From contig OY759746.1 of the NCBI GenBank assembly GCA_963662795.1, positions 2,816,001-2,880,000 of the forward strand: 64,000 nt of DNA, in the 5' to 3' direction. A program made the position numbers and the translations under genes. Under the pieces are notes generated by a model. The model made no database searches. It was not told the origin of the DNA and saw nothing but the letters and a program-made list of their open reading frames with translations. Of the stretch, positions 1 to 10,205 are shown piece by piece; within the stretch, counting starts at the first letter, position 1; each line of letters starts with the position of its first letter. Source of the stretch: Spirochaetia bacterium (GTDB lineage Bacteria; Spirochaetota; Spirochaetia; CADAEX01).

Positions 1-2
1 TC

Positions 3-1790
3 TACCTGTTCTCTCTTCAGATTGTCAAAGGACTTGAATATAAAAAGATGGCCTGGGCAGTTGCAATGCGGGAATCGGTAATTCCAACCCAGAGGGGTGA
101 AATCTACGACAGGAATTATGATCTCCCCCTTGTCATGAATGTGGATCTTTTCGCTGTAGATATTATTCCTGCGGAACTTGATAAAGAGAAAGTTGATGAT
201 GTAGTAAAAAAGCTTGCTGCAGTTCTTGAACTTGATGAAAATGACATAAGGGTAAAAATACCTTCGAAAGCGCTTCATCAATACAAACCTGTTGAGATCA
301 AGGATGATATCAAATATGAGAAAATCCTCTATATAGCTGAAAATATTGAAAAATTCCCTGGAGTAACATGGAGGAGTAAACCTGTAAGAAGCTATCTTGA
401 TTACGGATCAATATCTCATATCCTCGGATATGTTGGTGATATTACCAGAGAAGAACTTCAGGTTTTATATAACAGGGGTTATGCACCTGATTCAGAGCTT
501 GGAAAAATGGGTATTGAAAAACAATATGATATGCTTCTCCGCGGTGAAACAGGGAGAAGGTACAGTACCGTAGACGTCAGGGGAAGAAAAACCGGGGAGT
601 TCGGTGAAACAGAAGAAAAACCGCCTGTAATAGGTAAGTCACTTGTTCTTACTATCGACAGACATATACAGAAATTATGTGAAAAAGCACTTGGCGAAAG
701 GGTAGGTTCCGTAGTTGTAATGAAGCCTTCCACAGGGGAAATTCTGGCCATGGTTTCGTACCCCTGGTTTAATCCCAATGAATTTTATGAAGATACAAAC
801 TCGGAATATTTTAAATCACTTGCTCTTGATTCAAGGTTTCCGTTTCTCAACAGGGCAGTGCAGTCTGTATACGCGCCGGCCTCTGTATTTAAATTTATAA
901 TGACTACGGCAATTCTTGAAGAAGAGGTCTTCTCTCCCTGGGAAAAAATAGACTGCAAAGGCAGCGTTCATCTGGGTGACAGAACATTTAACTGTCATAA
1001 AAAATCAGGACACGGATATCTTGATCTTGCAGGCGCTCTCGCTGAATCGTGCGATATATATTTCTGGACTGTAGGAAGGGAATATCTTGGTGTCGAAAGG
1101 ATTGCGGATTACGCCCGCCGTTTCGGCCTTGGGCAGATAACCGGAATTGACATTCCCGGTGAAGCAAAAGGGCTTGTTCCGACACCTGAATGGAAGGATT
1201 CAGCTTACCATGTCCCATGGCTTGGCGGAGATACATTCAATATGTCCATAGGACAGGGATACCTTGAAACAACCCCGATTCAGATTGCAAATGCCGTATC
1301 AATGGCTGTTAACGAAGGTGTAAATTACGTTCCCCACTTTATTAAACAGGTAAGGGATCCTGTTTCCGGTGAGATTATAGAGAATATTGAGCCCAAAATA
1401 CTTCACAGTACAACAATCAGAAAAGAAACTTTCCGCAAAGTAAAAGAGAACCTGAGGGGAGTTATAACAAAAGGGACGGCTAGGGTAGTTCTTACAACAA
1501 AAGCAACAGAAGTCGCGGGAAAAACAGGAACAGGAGAGGTCGGTTTCAAAGACAGGTGGACCTCCTGGTTTGCGGCATATGCCCCTTATGACAGCGTTGA
1601 TCCGGATGAACAGGTTGTTGTTGTTGTCATGGTTGAAGCAATAAACGAGTGGGAATGGTGGGCTCCAAAGGCGGCTAACGTTATATTTCAGGGTATTTTT
1701 TCTGATCAGAATTACGAAGAAGCTGCAAAGGAGCTTAATATCTGGTATCTCAAGACACCAAGGGATATTATAAGGGTCAGGGCTGAATGA
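3..1790 (+). CDS. mrdA: Penicillin-binding protein 2 (class B transpeptidase), 5' end outside the window
   Basis: Frame is open from base 3 (YLFSLQIVKGLEYKKM...). RGEIYDRN dimerisation motif, SxxK (ASVFK), SxD (SCDIY) and KTG (KTGT). Stop overlaps the rodA start (ATGA). Confidence 0.95.
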   Translation, partial: YLFSLQIVKGLEYKKMAWAVAMRESVIPTQRGEIYDRNYDLPLVMNVDLFAVDIIPAELDKEKVDDVVKKLAAVLELDENDIRVKIPSKALHQYKPVEIKDDIKYEKILYIAENIEKFPGVTWRSKPVRSYLDYGSISHILGYVGDITREELQVLYNRGYAPDSELGKMGIEKQYDMLLRGETGRRYSTVDVRGRKTGEFGETEEKPPVIGKSLVLTIDRHIQKLCEKALGERVGSVVVMKPSTGEILAMVSYPWFNPNEFYEDTNSEYFKSLALDSRFPFLNRAVQSVYAPASVFKFIMTTAILEEEVFSPWEKIDCKGSVHLGDRTFNCHKKSGHGYLDLAGALAESCDIYFWTVGREYLGVERIADYARRFGLGQITGIDIPGEAKGLVPTPEWKDSAYHVPWLGGDTFNMSIGQGYLETTPIQIANAVSMAVNEGVNYVPHFIKQVRDPVSGEIIENIEPKILHSTTIRKETFRKVKENLRGVITKGTARVVLTTKATEVAGKTGTGEVGFKDRWTSWFAAYAPYDSVDPDEQVVVVVMVEAINEWEWWAPKAANVIFQGIFSDQNYEEAAKELNIWYLKTPRDIIRVRAE

Positions 1791-3097
1791 GTTTAAAATC
1801 AAACCTTAATTTCGATTTTTTTATTCTCGCGAGCGTACTTATGCTTGCCGTGACAAGTATTTTATTTATTTATTCGAGCAATATAGCCTCTGACGGAACT
1901 TTAGTCTCCAATGAATATATAAAACAGATTGTATGGGTTTCTCTCGGCTTATTAATAATGGCCCTTATAATAATTATTGATTATAAACATGCAGAAAATT
2001 TTTCTGTCTATCTCTATTTTGGCCTGATTTTTCTCCTGATTATAACCTTGCTTTTCGGGAAAAAGGTAAACGGTGCAAGATCATGGCTTGGGATAATGGA
2101 TATAGGAATACAGCCGTCAGAATTTGCCAAAATAACAACAATAATAATGCTCTCATCATTTTACGCAAAGCGTTCCCGCAGCATGAAAAAACTGAAGACC
2201 CTTATGGAAGGATTTCTGATTGTCTTACTGCCTATGCTGCTTATTCTTGCCCAGCCTGATATGGGAACTGCTCTTGTATATATTCCTGTGTTTCTTGTTA
2301 TCAGTTTCGCCGCAGGCGCTTCTGTCAGACATATATCTTATATCATTCTGACCGGGTCAATCCTGATTATCCTTACCGTCTTCCCGGTCTGGATGCAGTT
2401 TATCTACAGCGCCAATAATGCATCTGCAGATTTTCTTATAGACCAGAAGCTTTACACTCTGCTGTTAATATCTTTTTCCGCAATAGTGATAATTTCCATT
2501 CTGGGTTATGTGTATACAAAAAAAACTTTTTACTACTGGAGCATCTATTCTTCCTCAATTATCTCGATAGGTATGGCAGGTTCCATTGCAGCCGGAAAAA
2601 TTTTAAAATCATACCAGATTATGAGGCTTGTAGTATTTCTTGATCCCTATATTGACCCGAAAGGGGCAGGATGGCACATTATCCAGTCTATAACCGCAGT
2701 AGGGTCCGGAGGAATCTTCGGCAAGGGATTTCTCAACGGGACGCAGAGTCACCTGAGATATCTTCCCCAGCAGTCAACCGATTTTATCTTTTCCATTATT
2801 TCTGAGGAAACAGGTTTTGCCGGATGTATCCTGATTTTTATCCTTTTTTTCATTATTATAATAAGGGGACTTATAATAGCCGCGTCTTCAAGGGACCTCT
2901 TCGGAGCCAATCTGGCAGCAGGGATTGTTGCGATGATCCTATTTCATTTTATCGTAAATATAGGAATGACAATGGGTATAATGCCCATTACAGGAATTCC
3001 TCTTTTGTTTCTTTCCTACGGAGGCTCTTCCCTCTGGACTGCCATGTCAGGAGCCGCCCTTCTTATCAATATATTTTTCAGACGGTACAGGTTTTAA
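1787..3097 (+). CDS. rodA: Rod shape-determining SEDS protein RodA
   Basis: Multi-TM protein with GARSW, IQPSEFAK, QPDMGT, TDFIFS, GIPLLFLSYGGSS; follows mrdA. Confidence 0.95.
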   Translation: MSLKSNLNFDFFILASVLMLAVTSILFIYSSNIASDGTLVSNEYIKQIVWVSLGLLIMALIIIIDYKHAENFSVYLYFGLIFLLIITLLFGKKVNGARSWLGIMDIGIQPSEFAKITTIIMLSSFYAKRSRSMKKLKTLMEGFLIVLLPMLLILAQPDMGTALVYIPVFLVISFAAGASVRHISYIILTGSILIILTVFPVWMQFIYSANNASADFLIDQKLYTLLLISFSAIVIISILGYVYTKKTFYYWSIYSSSIISIGMAGSIAAGKILKSYQIMRLVVFLDPYIDPKGAGWHIIQSITAVGSGGIFGKGFLNGTQSHLRYLPQQSTDFIFSIISEETGFAGCILIFILFFIIIIRGLIIAASSRDLFGANLAAGIVAMILFHFIVNIGMTMGIMPITGIPLLFLSYGGSSLWTAMSGAALLINIFFRRYRF

Positions 3098-3100
3098 AAT

Positions 3101-5584
3101 ATGAATAAATTAACAGATATGGAACTCAGAAAAATACTGCTCAGGCTGGAAAATCCCGGCAGGTATGCGGGCGGGGAATTTGGGGCACACAATAACCGCA
3201 ATTTTAAAGAAACAGACCTTAAAATGGCAGTTTCGTATCCAGATCTATATGAGATCGGAATGTCCAATAACGCAATTAAAATATTATACAGTATATTAAA
3301 CAGTATTGACGGTGTTGTCTGCGACCGTGTTTTTACCCCGGCCCCTGATCTGGAGAAGCTTCTTGACTCGACCTCAGTTCCCCTTTTTACACTTGAAAAC
3401 CGCCTTCTGCTGAATGATCTGGATATACTGGGTTTCAGTTTCGGCTATGAGCTTACTGCGACCAATATTCTTAACATTCTTAAACTTGGAGGGATCCCCC
3501 TTAAAACAGACGAAAGGGAGGACTCCCATCCTATAATAATCGCGGGCGGGCCTGGAGTGACAAATCCCCTGCCTTACGGGGATTTTATCGATCTTTTTTT
3601 TATCGGTGAAGCTGAATCTGAAATTGCGCAGCTTGCAGAAAAAGCTTCTGTCCTTAAAAAGAGAGGTGCAGGCAGAAAAGAGATACTTGAAATGATGAGG
3701 GTAAATCCGCATCTCTGGTACCGGGGGAAAAAAGAGATAACAACACGGGCCGTTTATCAAAATTTCAGTAAAAAACAAAGCAGCTTTAAAAACTATCCTG
3801 TTCCCTCTGTCCGTGCTGTACAGGATAACGGAGTTGTTGAAATAATGAGGGGATGTCCCAACGGCTGCAGGTTCTGCCATGCAGGATATTACTACAGACC
3901 AAAGCGGGAAAAGCCTTATGACATTATTGAATCAGAGATAAATGATCTTGTTTTCGGCTGCGGCTACAGGGAAATAACACTCTCGTCCCTTTCCTCAGGT
4001 GACTACAGTTCAATTACATCCATCATAGGAAAACTCAACAAAAAATACTCAGGTCTCGGCGTCTCTTTCTCTTTTCCATCCCTTAAGCTAAGTACATTCA
4101 TCCTTCCGCTTCTGGCGGAAATTGGCGAAGTAAGGAAAAGCGGCTTAACTTTTGCGGTTGAAAGTCCCGACCCTTTTACACAAAAGAGCCTGAACAAGGA
4201 AGTCGAGATTGAACAGACAATAGAAATTATTCAGCAGGCCAAAAGGTCGGGATGGAGGGTCGCGAAATTTTACTTTATGATCGGCCTCCCCGGAACATCT
4301 GACCCGAATGCGGAAAGCGATAAAATTATTGATTTTCTTTTCAAGGTACAGGGCCGGACAGGAATCAATATAAATGTAAATATTGGAACTTTTATACCTA
4401 AACCCCATACTCCGTATCAATGGGCTTTCCAGATGGAAGAAGAAGAAGCATTAAAGCAGATTCACTATATGAAAAACAGGCTTAAAGGACAGAATATAAA
4501 GCTTGGGTATCAGTCTCCAATGATGTCATTTATCGAAGGTATATTTTCACGCGGCGATGAAAGGACAGGTAAGCTTCTTCATGATGCTTTTAACGCCGGA
4601 GCTAGGCTTGATGCCTGGGAAGAACATTTCAGCCGTGATATCTGGAAAAGTGCGATAGAAAAACAGAACTGGGATGTTGCCTCGGAAACTTACAGGGAGA
4701 AAAGCCTTGAAGAAAAACTTCCCTGGGACAACATTTCTCTTGGTGTATCAAAAAAATATTTTAAGGATGAATATAAAAAATCTCTTGCCGGTGAGCTTAC
4801 GGAAAGGTGTGAAGAGGTCTGCGGTTATAAATGCGGAGTCTGCGGAAATGATGTGTCTGTTGTTGAAGCTTTAGATGACAGTTCCGACGGTCCGGGCCAG
4901 CCTGATGATGTCTATACCCTTGCCTCCGGCACCGATAGATACAGGGTCATATTTTCATTCACAAAAAAGGGGAGCCAGATTTACCTGGGCCACCTTGATA
5001 TTATGAGGCTTTTTGAGAAAGCATTTCAGAGAAGCCGCCTCAGCATTCGTTTTACGGAAGGGTTTAATCCCAAGCCGCGGCTGGAATTTGCACATCCGTT
5101 AAGTCTCGGTATTGAATCGGATGAGGAAATAGCTTCAGTTGAAACTGACAGGGAGTATGAAAGCGGTTTTTTTATAGATCAGCTTAACAATGTCCTTCCG
5201 GAAGGGATAGCGCTTGTAAATGCGGTTTTCCAGAAGATAAACACAGGAGACAGGAAACTTTCTCTAATGTCTCTTTATACCGGCAGCAGGTACCGGATAA
5301 GCTATCCTGTATCCAAAGACTTTGGAATGCTTGTCGAAAATTATGTTGCAGAAAACAGCTTGTCTGAGTTTGTACAGATTGAAAACATGCCGGATGCGGG
5401 ACTTAATGAGAGCAATTATGAAAATTTCCGCATAACTGTAAAACAGGGGCATGGCAGCAGGGGACTGTTTAAAATATTGAAAGAAGCTACAGGACTTGAT
5501 AATCCCCTTGCAGATATCATAGCTGTAAGAGAAAAAATACTTGCAGGAAGTGAGCTGACAGATTATATCTCATTTTTCAGCTGA
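3101..5584 (+). CDS. B12-binding-like radical SAM protein (TIGR03960-like) fused to a radical SAM-linked domain (TIGR03936/DUF2344-like)
   Basis: YPDLYEIGMSN N-terminus, CxxxCxxC (RGCPNGCRFC), Cys cluster CEEVCGYKCGVC, C-terminal YLGHLD...FTEGFNPKPR...LSLGIES. Confidence 0.85.
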   Translation: MNKLTDMELRKILLRLENPGRYAGGEFGAHNNRNFKETDLKMAVSYPDLYEIGMSNNAIKILYSILNSIDGVVCDRVFTPAPDLEKLLDSTSVPLFTLENRLLLNDLDILGFSFGYELTATNILNILKLGGIPLKTDEREDSHPIIIAGGPGVTNPLPYGDFIDLFFIGEAESEIAQLAEKASVLKKRGAGRKEILEMMRVNPHLWYRGKKEITTRAVYQNFSKKQSSFKNYPVPSVRAVQDNGVVEIMRGCPNGCRFCHAGYYYRPKREKPYDIIESEINDLVFGCGYREITLSSLSSGDYSSITSIIGKLNKKYSGLGVSFSFPSLKLSTFILPLLAEIGEVRKSGLTFAVESPDPFTQKSLNKEVEIEQTIEIIQQAKRSGWRVAKFYFMIGLPGTSDPNAESDKIIDFLFKVQGRTGININVNIGTFIPKPHTPYQWAFQMEEEEALKQIHYMKNRLKGQNIKLGYQSPMMSFIEGIFSRGDERTGKLLHDAFNAGARLDAWEEHFSRDIWKSAIEKQNWDVASETYREKSLEEKLPWDNISLGVSKKYFKDEYKKSLAGELTERCEEVCGYKCGVCGNDVSVVEALDDSSDGPGQPDDVYTLASGTDRYRVIFSFTKKGSQIYLGHLDIMRLFEKAFQRSRLSIRFTEGFNPKPRLEFAHPLSLGIESDEEIASVETDREYESGFFIDQLNNVLPEGIALVNAVFQKINTGDRKLSLMSLYTGSRYRISYPVSKDFGMLVENYVAENSLSEFVQIENMPDAGLNESNYENFRITVKQGHGSRGLFKILKEATGLDNPLADIIAVREKILAGSELTDYISFFS

Positions 5585-6361
5585 TTTTGCGCTGTTCCAG
5601 ATCCTGTCCATAACCTCGAGATTTTCCTGAATCATAGGGACATCAATTTCTTTCATCCCTTTTTCCACTATTTTGAAACGCCTCAGGAATTTTTCATTTG
5701 TATGGTGCAGTGCAATGGCAGGGTCAATTTTCAAAAATCTTGCCGCGTTGACAAGAGAGAACAGTACATCTCCGAATTCCTGTTCAATTTTAGCTTTTTC
5801 TTCGCCTGAAGTTATTTCATTTTCAAGCTCATTTATTTCTTCTTTCACCTTTTTCCATACATCTGTATGATTATTCCAGTCAAATCCTGCTTTGGAAGCT
5901 TTTTTCTGGAATCTATAAGCTCTTTCAAGCGGAGGTATACTTTTTGATATCCCGTCAAGACGGGAAAGCTCTTTGTTTTTATTTTCAACTGTCTGTTTTA
6001 TGATTTCCCAGTTTTTTTTGACCTCCTCAGGCGTATCTGCTACAGCATCAGAAAATACATGAGGATGTCTCCTTATGAGTTTTTCCGATATACCGTCTAT
6101 TACTTCAGTGAATCTAAAGATTCCCTCTTCCTCCTTGATTCTGCCTATCATTGCTATAAGAAGAAGAATATCGCCCAGCTCCTCTGCTGTGTGGGCATCA
6201 TCATTTTCAGATATTGCCTCTATACATTCATATACTTCTTCAAGAAGGTTTGTCTTAAGCGAATCGGCTGTCTGCGCCCTGTCCCAGGGACATCCGGATT
6301 CACTTCTCAGTTTTATAATGATTTCATAAAAGGATTTGAAAGATTCAGTAAGATTTTTCAT
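5570..6361 (-). CDS. mazG: Nucleoside triphosphate pyrophosphohydrolase MazG (tandem domain)
   Basis: GCPWDRAQT, EEVYE, EELGD, KLIRRHPHVF, GFDW, EFGDVLF. Confidence 0.95.
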   Translation of the reverse strand: MKNLTESFKSFYEIIIKLRSESGCPWDRAQTADSLKTNLLEEVYECIEAISENDDAHTAEELGDILLLIAMIGRIKEEEGIFRFTEVIDGISEKLIRRHPHVFSDAVADTPEEVKKNWEIIKQTVENKNKELSRLDGISKSIPPLERAYRFQKKASKAGFDWNNHTDVWKKVKEEINELENEITSGEEKAKIEQEFGDVLFSLVNAARFLKIDPAIALHHTNEKFLRRFKIVEKGMKEIDVPMIQENLEVMDRIWNSAKSAEK

Positions 6362-6570
6362 GTAAAATACTCCAATCTGCTGCCGTTAAGGTTTTTATAT
6401 TCTACAGTTTCCATTTTTATGGCTCTTTTTGCAAGATGGCGGCAGTATAACAGCAGGATTACAGCGAATTAACTGATTTTTAATTCCAGCTGGAAGAAGC
6501 TGCTTGATTTTAAATCGAAATGATCACAGGAAATAATTCTGAAAAAAAGAAAATATATTGAAAATAAAAA

Positions 6571-6628
6571 TTGACAAATAAAAAAAGTAGTATAATAATA
6601 GTTATTAACATTATAAATATATTTATAA
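6571..6628 (+). promoter_or_regulatory. Putative sigma70 promoter and palindromic operator of the TRAP operon
   Basis: TTGACA at 6571-6576, followed by TATAATAAT at 6591-6599 (17-nt spacing gives AATAAT). Perfect 18-bp palindrome TTATAAATATATTTATAA at 6611-6628, just before the AGGAGG RBS. Confidence 0.5.
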
Positions 6629-6640
6629 CAGGAGGACTAA

Positions 6641-7780
6641 ATGAAAAAAAATAGCTTAATGATAATTATTATCATGCTGATTGCTATTTTATTCTCTGGA
6701 TGCCAGGGAAAAAGTGCTGAGGAGGGTGCAGAAGTTGCAGCCGTTAAACAGGAAAAAATCAAGCTTAAAATGGCTACCTGCTGGACACCTAACTATGCAC
6801 TAATTGAACAGGACAAATACTGGTTATCTCTTGTAAATGAACTTGTTGGAGACCAGGTAGAAATCGAATTCTTTACGGCCGGCGAACTTGTAAAATCAAA
6901 TGAAGTTTTTGATGCTGTTTCAAACAACACAGTACAGATCGGTAGTGATTTTCCAGGGTACTGGGCAGGCAAGGACACTGCTTTTAACCTTGTAGCCTCA
7001 TTTCCGATGTGGATGGATGCCTATGACTACATCAACTGGCTTGAATTCGGCGGAGGACAGGCGGAATATGACAGGATCTATGGAAATTTCAATATTGTTC
7101 CGATCCCGCATGGCCCGATTACTGTAGAATCAGGCCCCCGGGGAACAAAACCTATTAAAGGCCTGGCTGATTACAAAGGACTTAAACTCAGGATGTCAGG
7201 GAAAAACCAGGGCAACATACTTGCTCAGCTTGGTGCTTCTCAGGTAAGTATTTCAAGTTCTGAAGTATATCAGGGGATGCAGAGAGGACTTCTTGATGCG
7301 GCGGAATCCTGTACACCGGAATTTGACTGGGGCCTTGGATACGGTGAAATCACACAGTTCTCAAGCCATCCAGGCTGGCATCAGCCCGGTTCAATGTGTA
7401 ACCTTCTTTTTAACAAGGATGCATGGGATAAACTCCCTCCGCATATTCAGAGCGCTTTCAGGATAGCAGCGAAGGCCACAATGGCAAGAACACTGGCATT
7501 CCAGGATTACAGCTCAGCAGACGGAACAGAAAAATTCAGAGGAGCAGGAGTCAAGGAATATAAACTGCCAATGGAAGATCTTAAGAAACTTGCAAATCTT
7601 TCTCTGGAACAGATTTATAAGGAATCTGCAGCAAATCCGTCTTTTGCCAAGATAGCATTATCAATGGGTGAATATCTTCATCACTATGCACCCTGGAGAG
7701 AGCTTTCCTATCCTTTTAACCACGGCTGGAAAGATAATCCCCTTCCTGATCTTGATAAAATCAGGTCATACGCCAAATAA
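6641..7780 (+). CDS. dctP: TRAP transporter substrate-binding lipoprotein DctP (TakP/monocarboxylate-like)
   Basis: Lipobox LFSGC, AGELV..EVFDAVS, YWAGKD, KGLKLRMSG (conserved carboxylate-binding Arg), PGWHQPG; strong RBS. Confidence 0.9.
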   Translation: MKKNSLMIIIIMLIAILFSGCQGKSAEEGAEVAAVKQEKIKLKMATCWTPNYALIEQDKYWLSLVNELVGDQVEIEFFTAGELVKSNEVFDAVSNNTVQIGSDFPGYWAGKDTAFNLVASFPMWMDAYDYINWLEFGGGQAEYDRIYGNFNIVPIPHGPITVESGPRGTKPIKGLADYKGLKLRMSGKNQGNILAQLGASQVSISSSEVYQGMQRGLLDAAESCTPEFDWGLGYGEITQFSSHPGWHQPGSMCNLLFNKDAWDKLPPHIQSAFRIAAKATMARTLAFQDYSSADGTEKFRGAGVKEYKLPMEDLKKLANLSLEQIYKESAANPSFAKIALSMGEYLHHYAPWRELSYPFNHGWKDNPLPDLDKIRSYAK

Positions 7781-7792
7781 TTCAAGATTATA

Positions 7793-7833
7793 ATAAAATC
7801 CCTGTTTCAGATGAAATGAAACAGGGATTTTAT
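7793..7833 (+). terminator. 17-bp stem-loop between dctP and dctQ (terminator or mRNA-stabilising hairpin)
   Basis: ATAAAATCCCTGTTTCA-gatgaaa-TGAAACAGGGATTTTAT, a perfect inverted repeat. Confidence 0.75.
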
Positions 7834-8168
7834 AAATAACCGAATCTGGAGATTTTATGCTTAAAATATTAGATATCATTGATACAATCAATGAGTGGGT
7901 CGGCAAGGTATTCAGGTGGGCCATAGTCTTACTTGCACTTACAATGTGCTACGAGGTTGTGCTCCGCTATGTATTCAATAATCCGACTATCTGGTCATTT
8001 GAGATCAGTACCGCGTTATACGCAACTACATTCATGATGGGAGCAGCTTACGCGCTGCTTTACAAGGCCCATGTCTCCATCGATCTGTTCTATGAAATGC
8101 TTGGAGTACGGGGAAGGGCGATTCTTGATATTATCTCTTCCGTCATTTTCTTTTTTCCTTTTCTCATT

Positions 8169-9924
8169 GAGGCTGTAGAAAAACCCCGATTTTCAATCTT
8201 CATTTACTTCTCCCATTCTACAAGATCATAAAGTCCATAAGATTGTCTTGTGAGGTCAAAATGTAATCCCTGATTCATTTCATCCTCTATTTTCCCCTAT
8301 GCTTCCGCATACCTCTGTATTTTTCCAATGTTATGCACAATACAGAAAAGCAACCATTGAACATTTACCTTATTCTTACTTCGCAGTGTAAAATAATTTA
8401 ACCCCAGTGTCGATCGGATATTTCCAAACACCGGTTCTACAGTACCCATTCTTTTACTGTAGATACTCCGACCTTCAGGCGCGTCAAAGACTCTCCTCAT
8501 TCGTTCTGTAAATGAGACCTTTTCTTTTCCCCGACTACTATCAAACCTGGTCACCTGTCTGACTTCCGTGCTCTCTTTACGTATACACTTCTTTCTTAGC
8601 GGACAGGTTAAGCAGTTTTCCTTTCTCCCTATGTAGGATGTTCCACTATAGCCAGAGCTTTGAAAGTTCCTGCACTTCAGTTTCATTTCGAAACCAGCTG
8701 GGCACATTAATTTCTTTGTATTTTCATCATAGATAAAATCATCTACTGAGTAATATTTTTTCCCTTTGGCAGGTTCCCAATTCGTGACAGGTTTTTGTTT
8801 ATGTTTCTGGGCTGATGCAAATCTCACATCCCTCTTTCGAAACTGGTTGTCCGCGACAAAGGCTGTCAGGTTATTTTCCACAATCAGCTTCATATTATTA
8901 TCATTATGAAAACCGCTGTCGGCGGTAATCACTGTTTCTTTCAAGATATCTTCCGATGCCTGAATCGATTTAAAATTGTTTTTTATTCCATCCAGAATCT
9001 CGGGGAAATGTTTGGATTCATTGCTGTCGCCAAATGCTTCCGCCCAAACGATTAATTGGTTCTTTTCATCAACCGCCGCAATTCCGTTATAACCCTGGAT
9101 AACTCCATGGGAGGTGGACATCTTCGCGCTTTCATTGTCGGTAATATTGCTTTTTATTGGTTTCCCCTGGCTTCCCATTCTATCGTCATTTGAGTTCAGC
9201 CAGTCATGGATCTTTTGGGATTTAGCTTTCAGTTTCTCTATCGAAGCCTTTTCTTTCTCTTCCTGACTTTGACTATACCGGCTTTTATCTTCCTGTTTAT
9301 GTTTTTCCAACAGGTATTTGATAGATTCCTCTATCTTTCCCGCTTTTTTTAGCAGTTCTTTTTTCGTTCCGCTCCATTCCTTTGAGCAATTGGAAGAAAT
9401 CTTGCAGCCGTCGATGGCAAACATGTTTTTATCGATGACGTTATTGGCGTAACAGACCGAGAGAATCCGGGTAAACAGGGGAGCGATTTCTTTATCCATC
9501 GTAGAAATAAAATCAGCTATGGTGCTAAAGTGCGGCCGGGTATCTGCGGAGAGGGACATGCAAACGACATTTTCCCGACATAATCGGGCAATTCTTCTGC
9601 TGGAAATAATTCCCCGTGAATAAGCAAAAAGAATTATCTTCAGTAAGATCGCCGGATCGTAGGCGGGAGCTCCATTTTCATCATTTTTATGTTTTTCATA
9701 AAACATGGTTAAATCAATTTCCCGGTCAATGAGAAAATTGAGTGTGTGTTCAAAGGTTCCGGGAAGAACCTGCTCGGAAAAATCTATCGGCAGCAGCACT
9801 TTTTGTTCATAAGAATACTCTTTGTATTTACCCATTTTGTAATCTCCCAGTCTGATAGAATTTTATCATGGGAATATCTGGATATAAAGCAATTGTTGAA
9901 AATTTACACTTTATCTACAGCCTC
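8169..9924 (-). mobile_element. IS1182-family insertion sequence, 1756 bp
   Basis: Terminal inverted repeats GAGGCTGTAGAAAAA (8169-8183) and TTTATCTACAGCCTC (9910-9924), 14/15 identical; ATT duplicated at 8166-8168 and 9925-9927; single transposase. Confidence 0.92.
8297..9835 (-). CDS. IS1182-family DDE transposase
   Basis: GAPAYDP..LLKIILFAY..GI.SSRRI (DUF772-like), AIDG, TDNES, GYN, ADSGF, CPAG and C..CPLR..C zinc ribbon, R..TVEPVFG.I, HNI. Confidence 0.93.
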   Translation of the reverse strand: MGKYKEYSYEQKVLLPIDFSEQVLPGTFEHTLNFLIDREIDLTMFYEKHKNDENGAPAYDPAILLKIILFAYSRGIISSRRIARLCRENVVCMSLSADTRPHFSTIADFISTMDKEIAPLFTRILSVCYANNVIDKNMFAIDGCKISSNCSKEWSGTKKELLKKAGKIEESIKYLLEKHKQEDKSRYSQSQEEKEKASIEKLKAKSQKIHDWLNSNDDRMGSQGKPIKSNITDNESAKMSTSHGVIQGYNGIAAVDEKNQLIVWAEAFGDSNESKHFPEILDGIKNNFKSIQASEDILKETVITADSGFHNDNNMKLIVENNLTAFVADNQFRKRDVRFASAQKHKQKPVTNWEPAKGKKYYSVDDFIYDENTKKLMCPAGFEMKLKCRNFQSSGYSGTSYIGRKENCLTCPLRKKCIRKESTEVRQVTRFDSSRGKEKVSFTERMRRVFDAPEGRSIYSKRMGTVEPVFGNIRSTLGLNYFTLRSKNKVNVQWLLFCIVHNIGKIQRYAEA

Positions 9925-10205
9925 ATTGTTGTTTTTTACGAAGGTTTTAAGTTCGCAAAAGCTTCCTGGCTAATACATGAAAGAACATGGAGCAACTTTG
10001 CAATGCCTGTGTATCCTGTAAAAACGATGATACCTTTGGCCGCATTACTACTTTTAATGCAGGGATTTGCAATATTTGTCAGGAGCATCATGATTGTCTC
10101 TACCGGAAATAATTACGAAAGCAGGTATAAGAAAGATGAAATACCGACATGTGTGATTCCTTCAGTGAAAGCAGAAATTGAAAAGAAAAAAGAGGAGAAT
10201 AAAAA

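Noticed and set aside
5570-6361. MazG as an anti-phage or toxin-antitoxin component
   Set aside because: It is the tandem-domain housekeeping type, with no mazEF or defence genes beside it.
6373-6462. Imperfect long-range inverted repeat (CTGCTGCCGT / ATGGCGGCAG) upstream of mazG
   Set aside because: Short, imperfect arms around a long loop; matches no RNA family I recognise.
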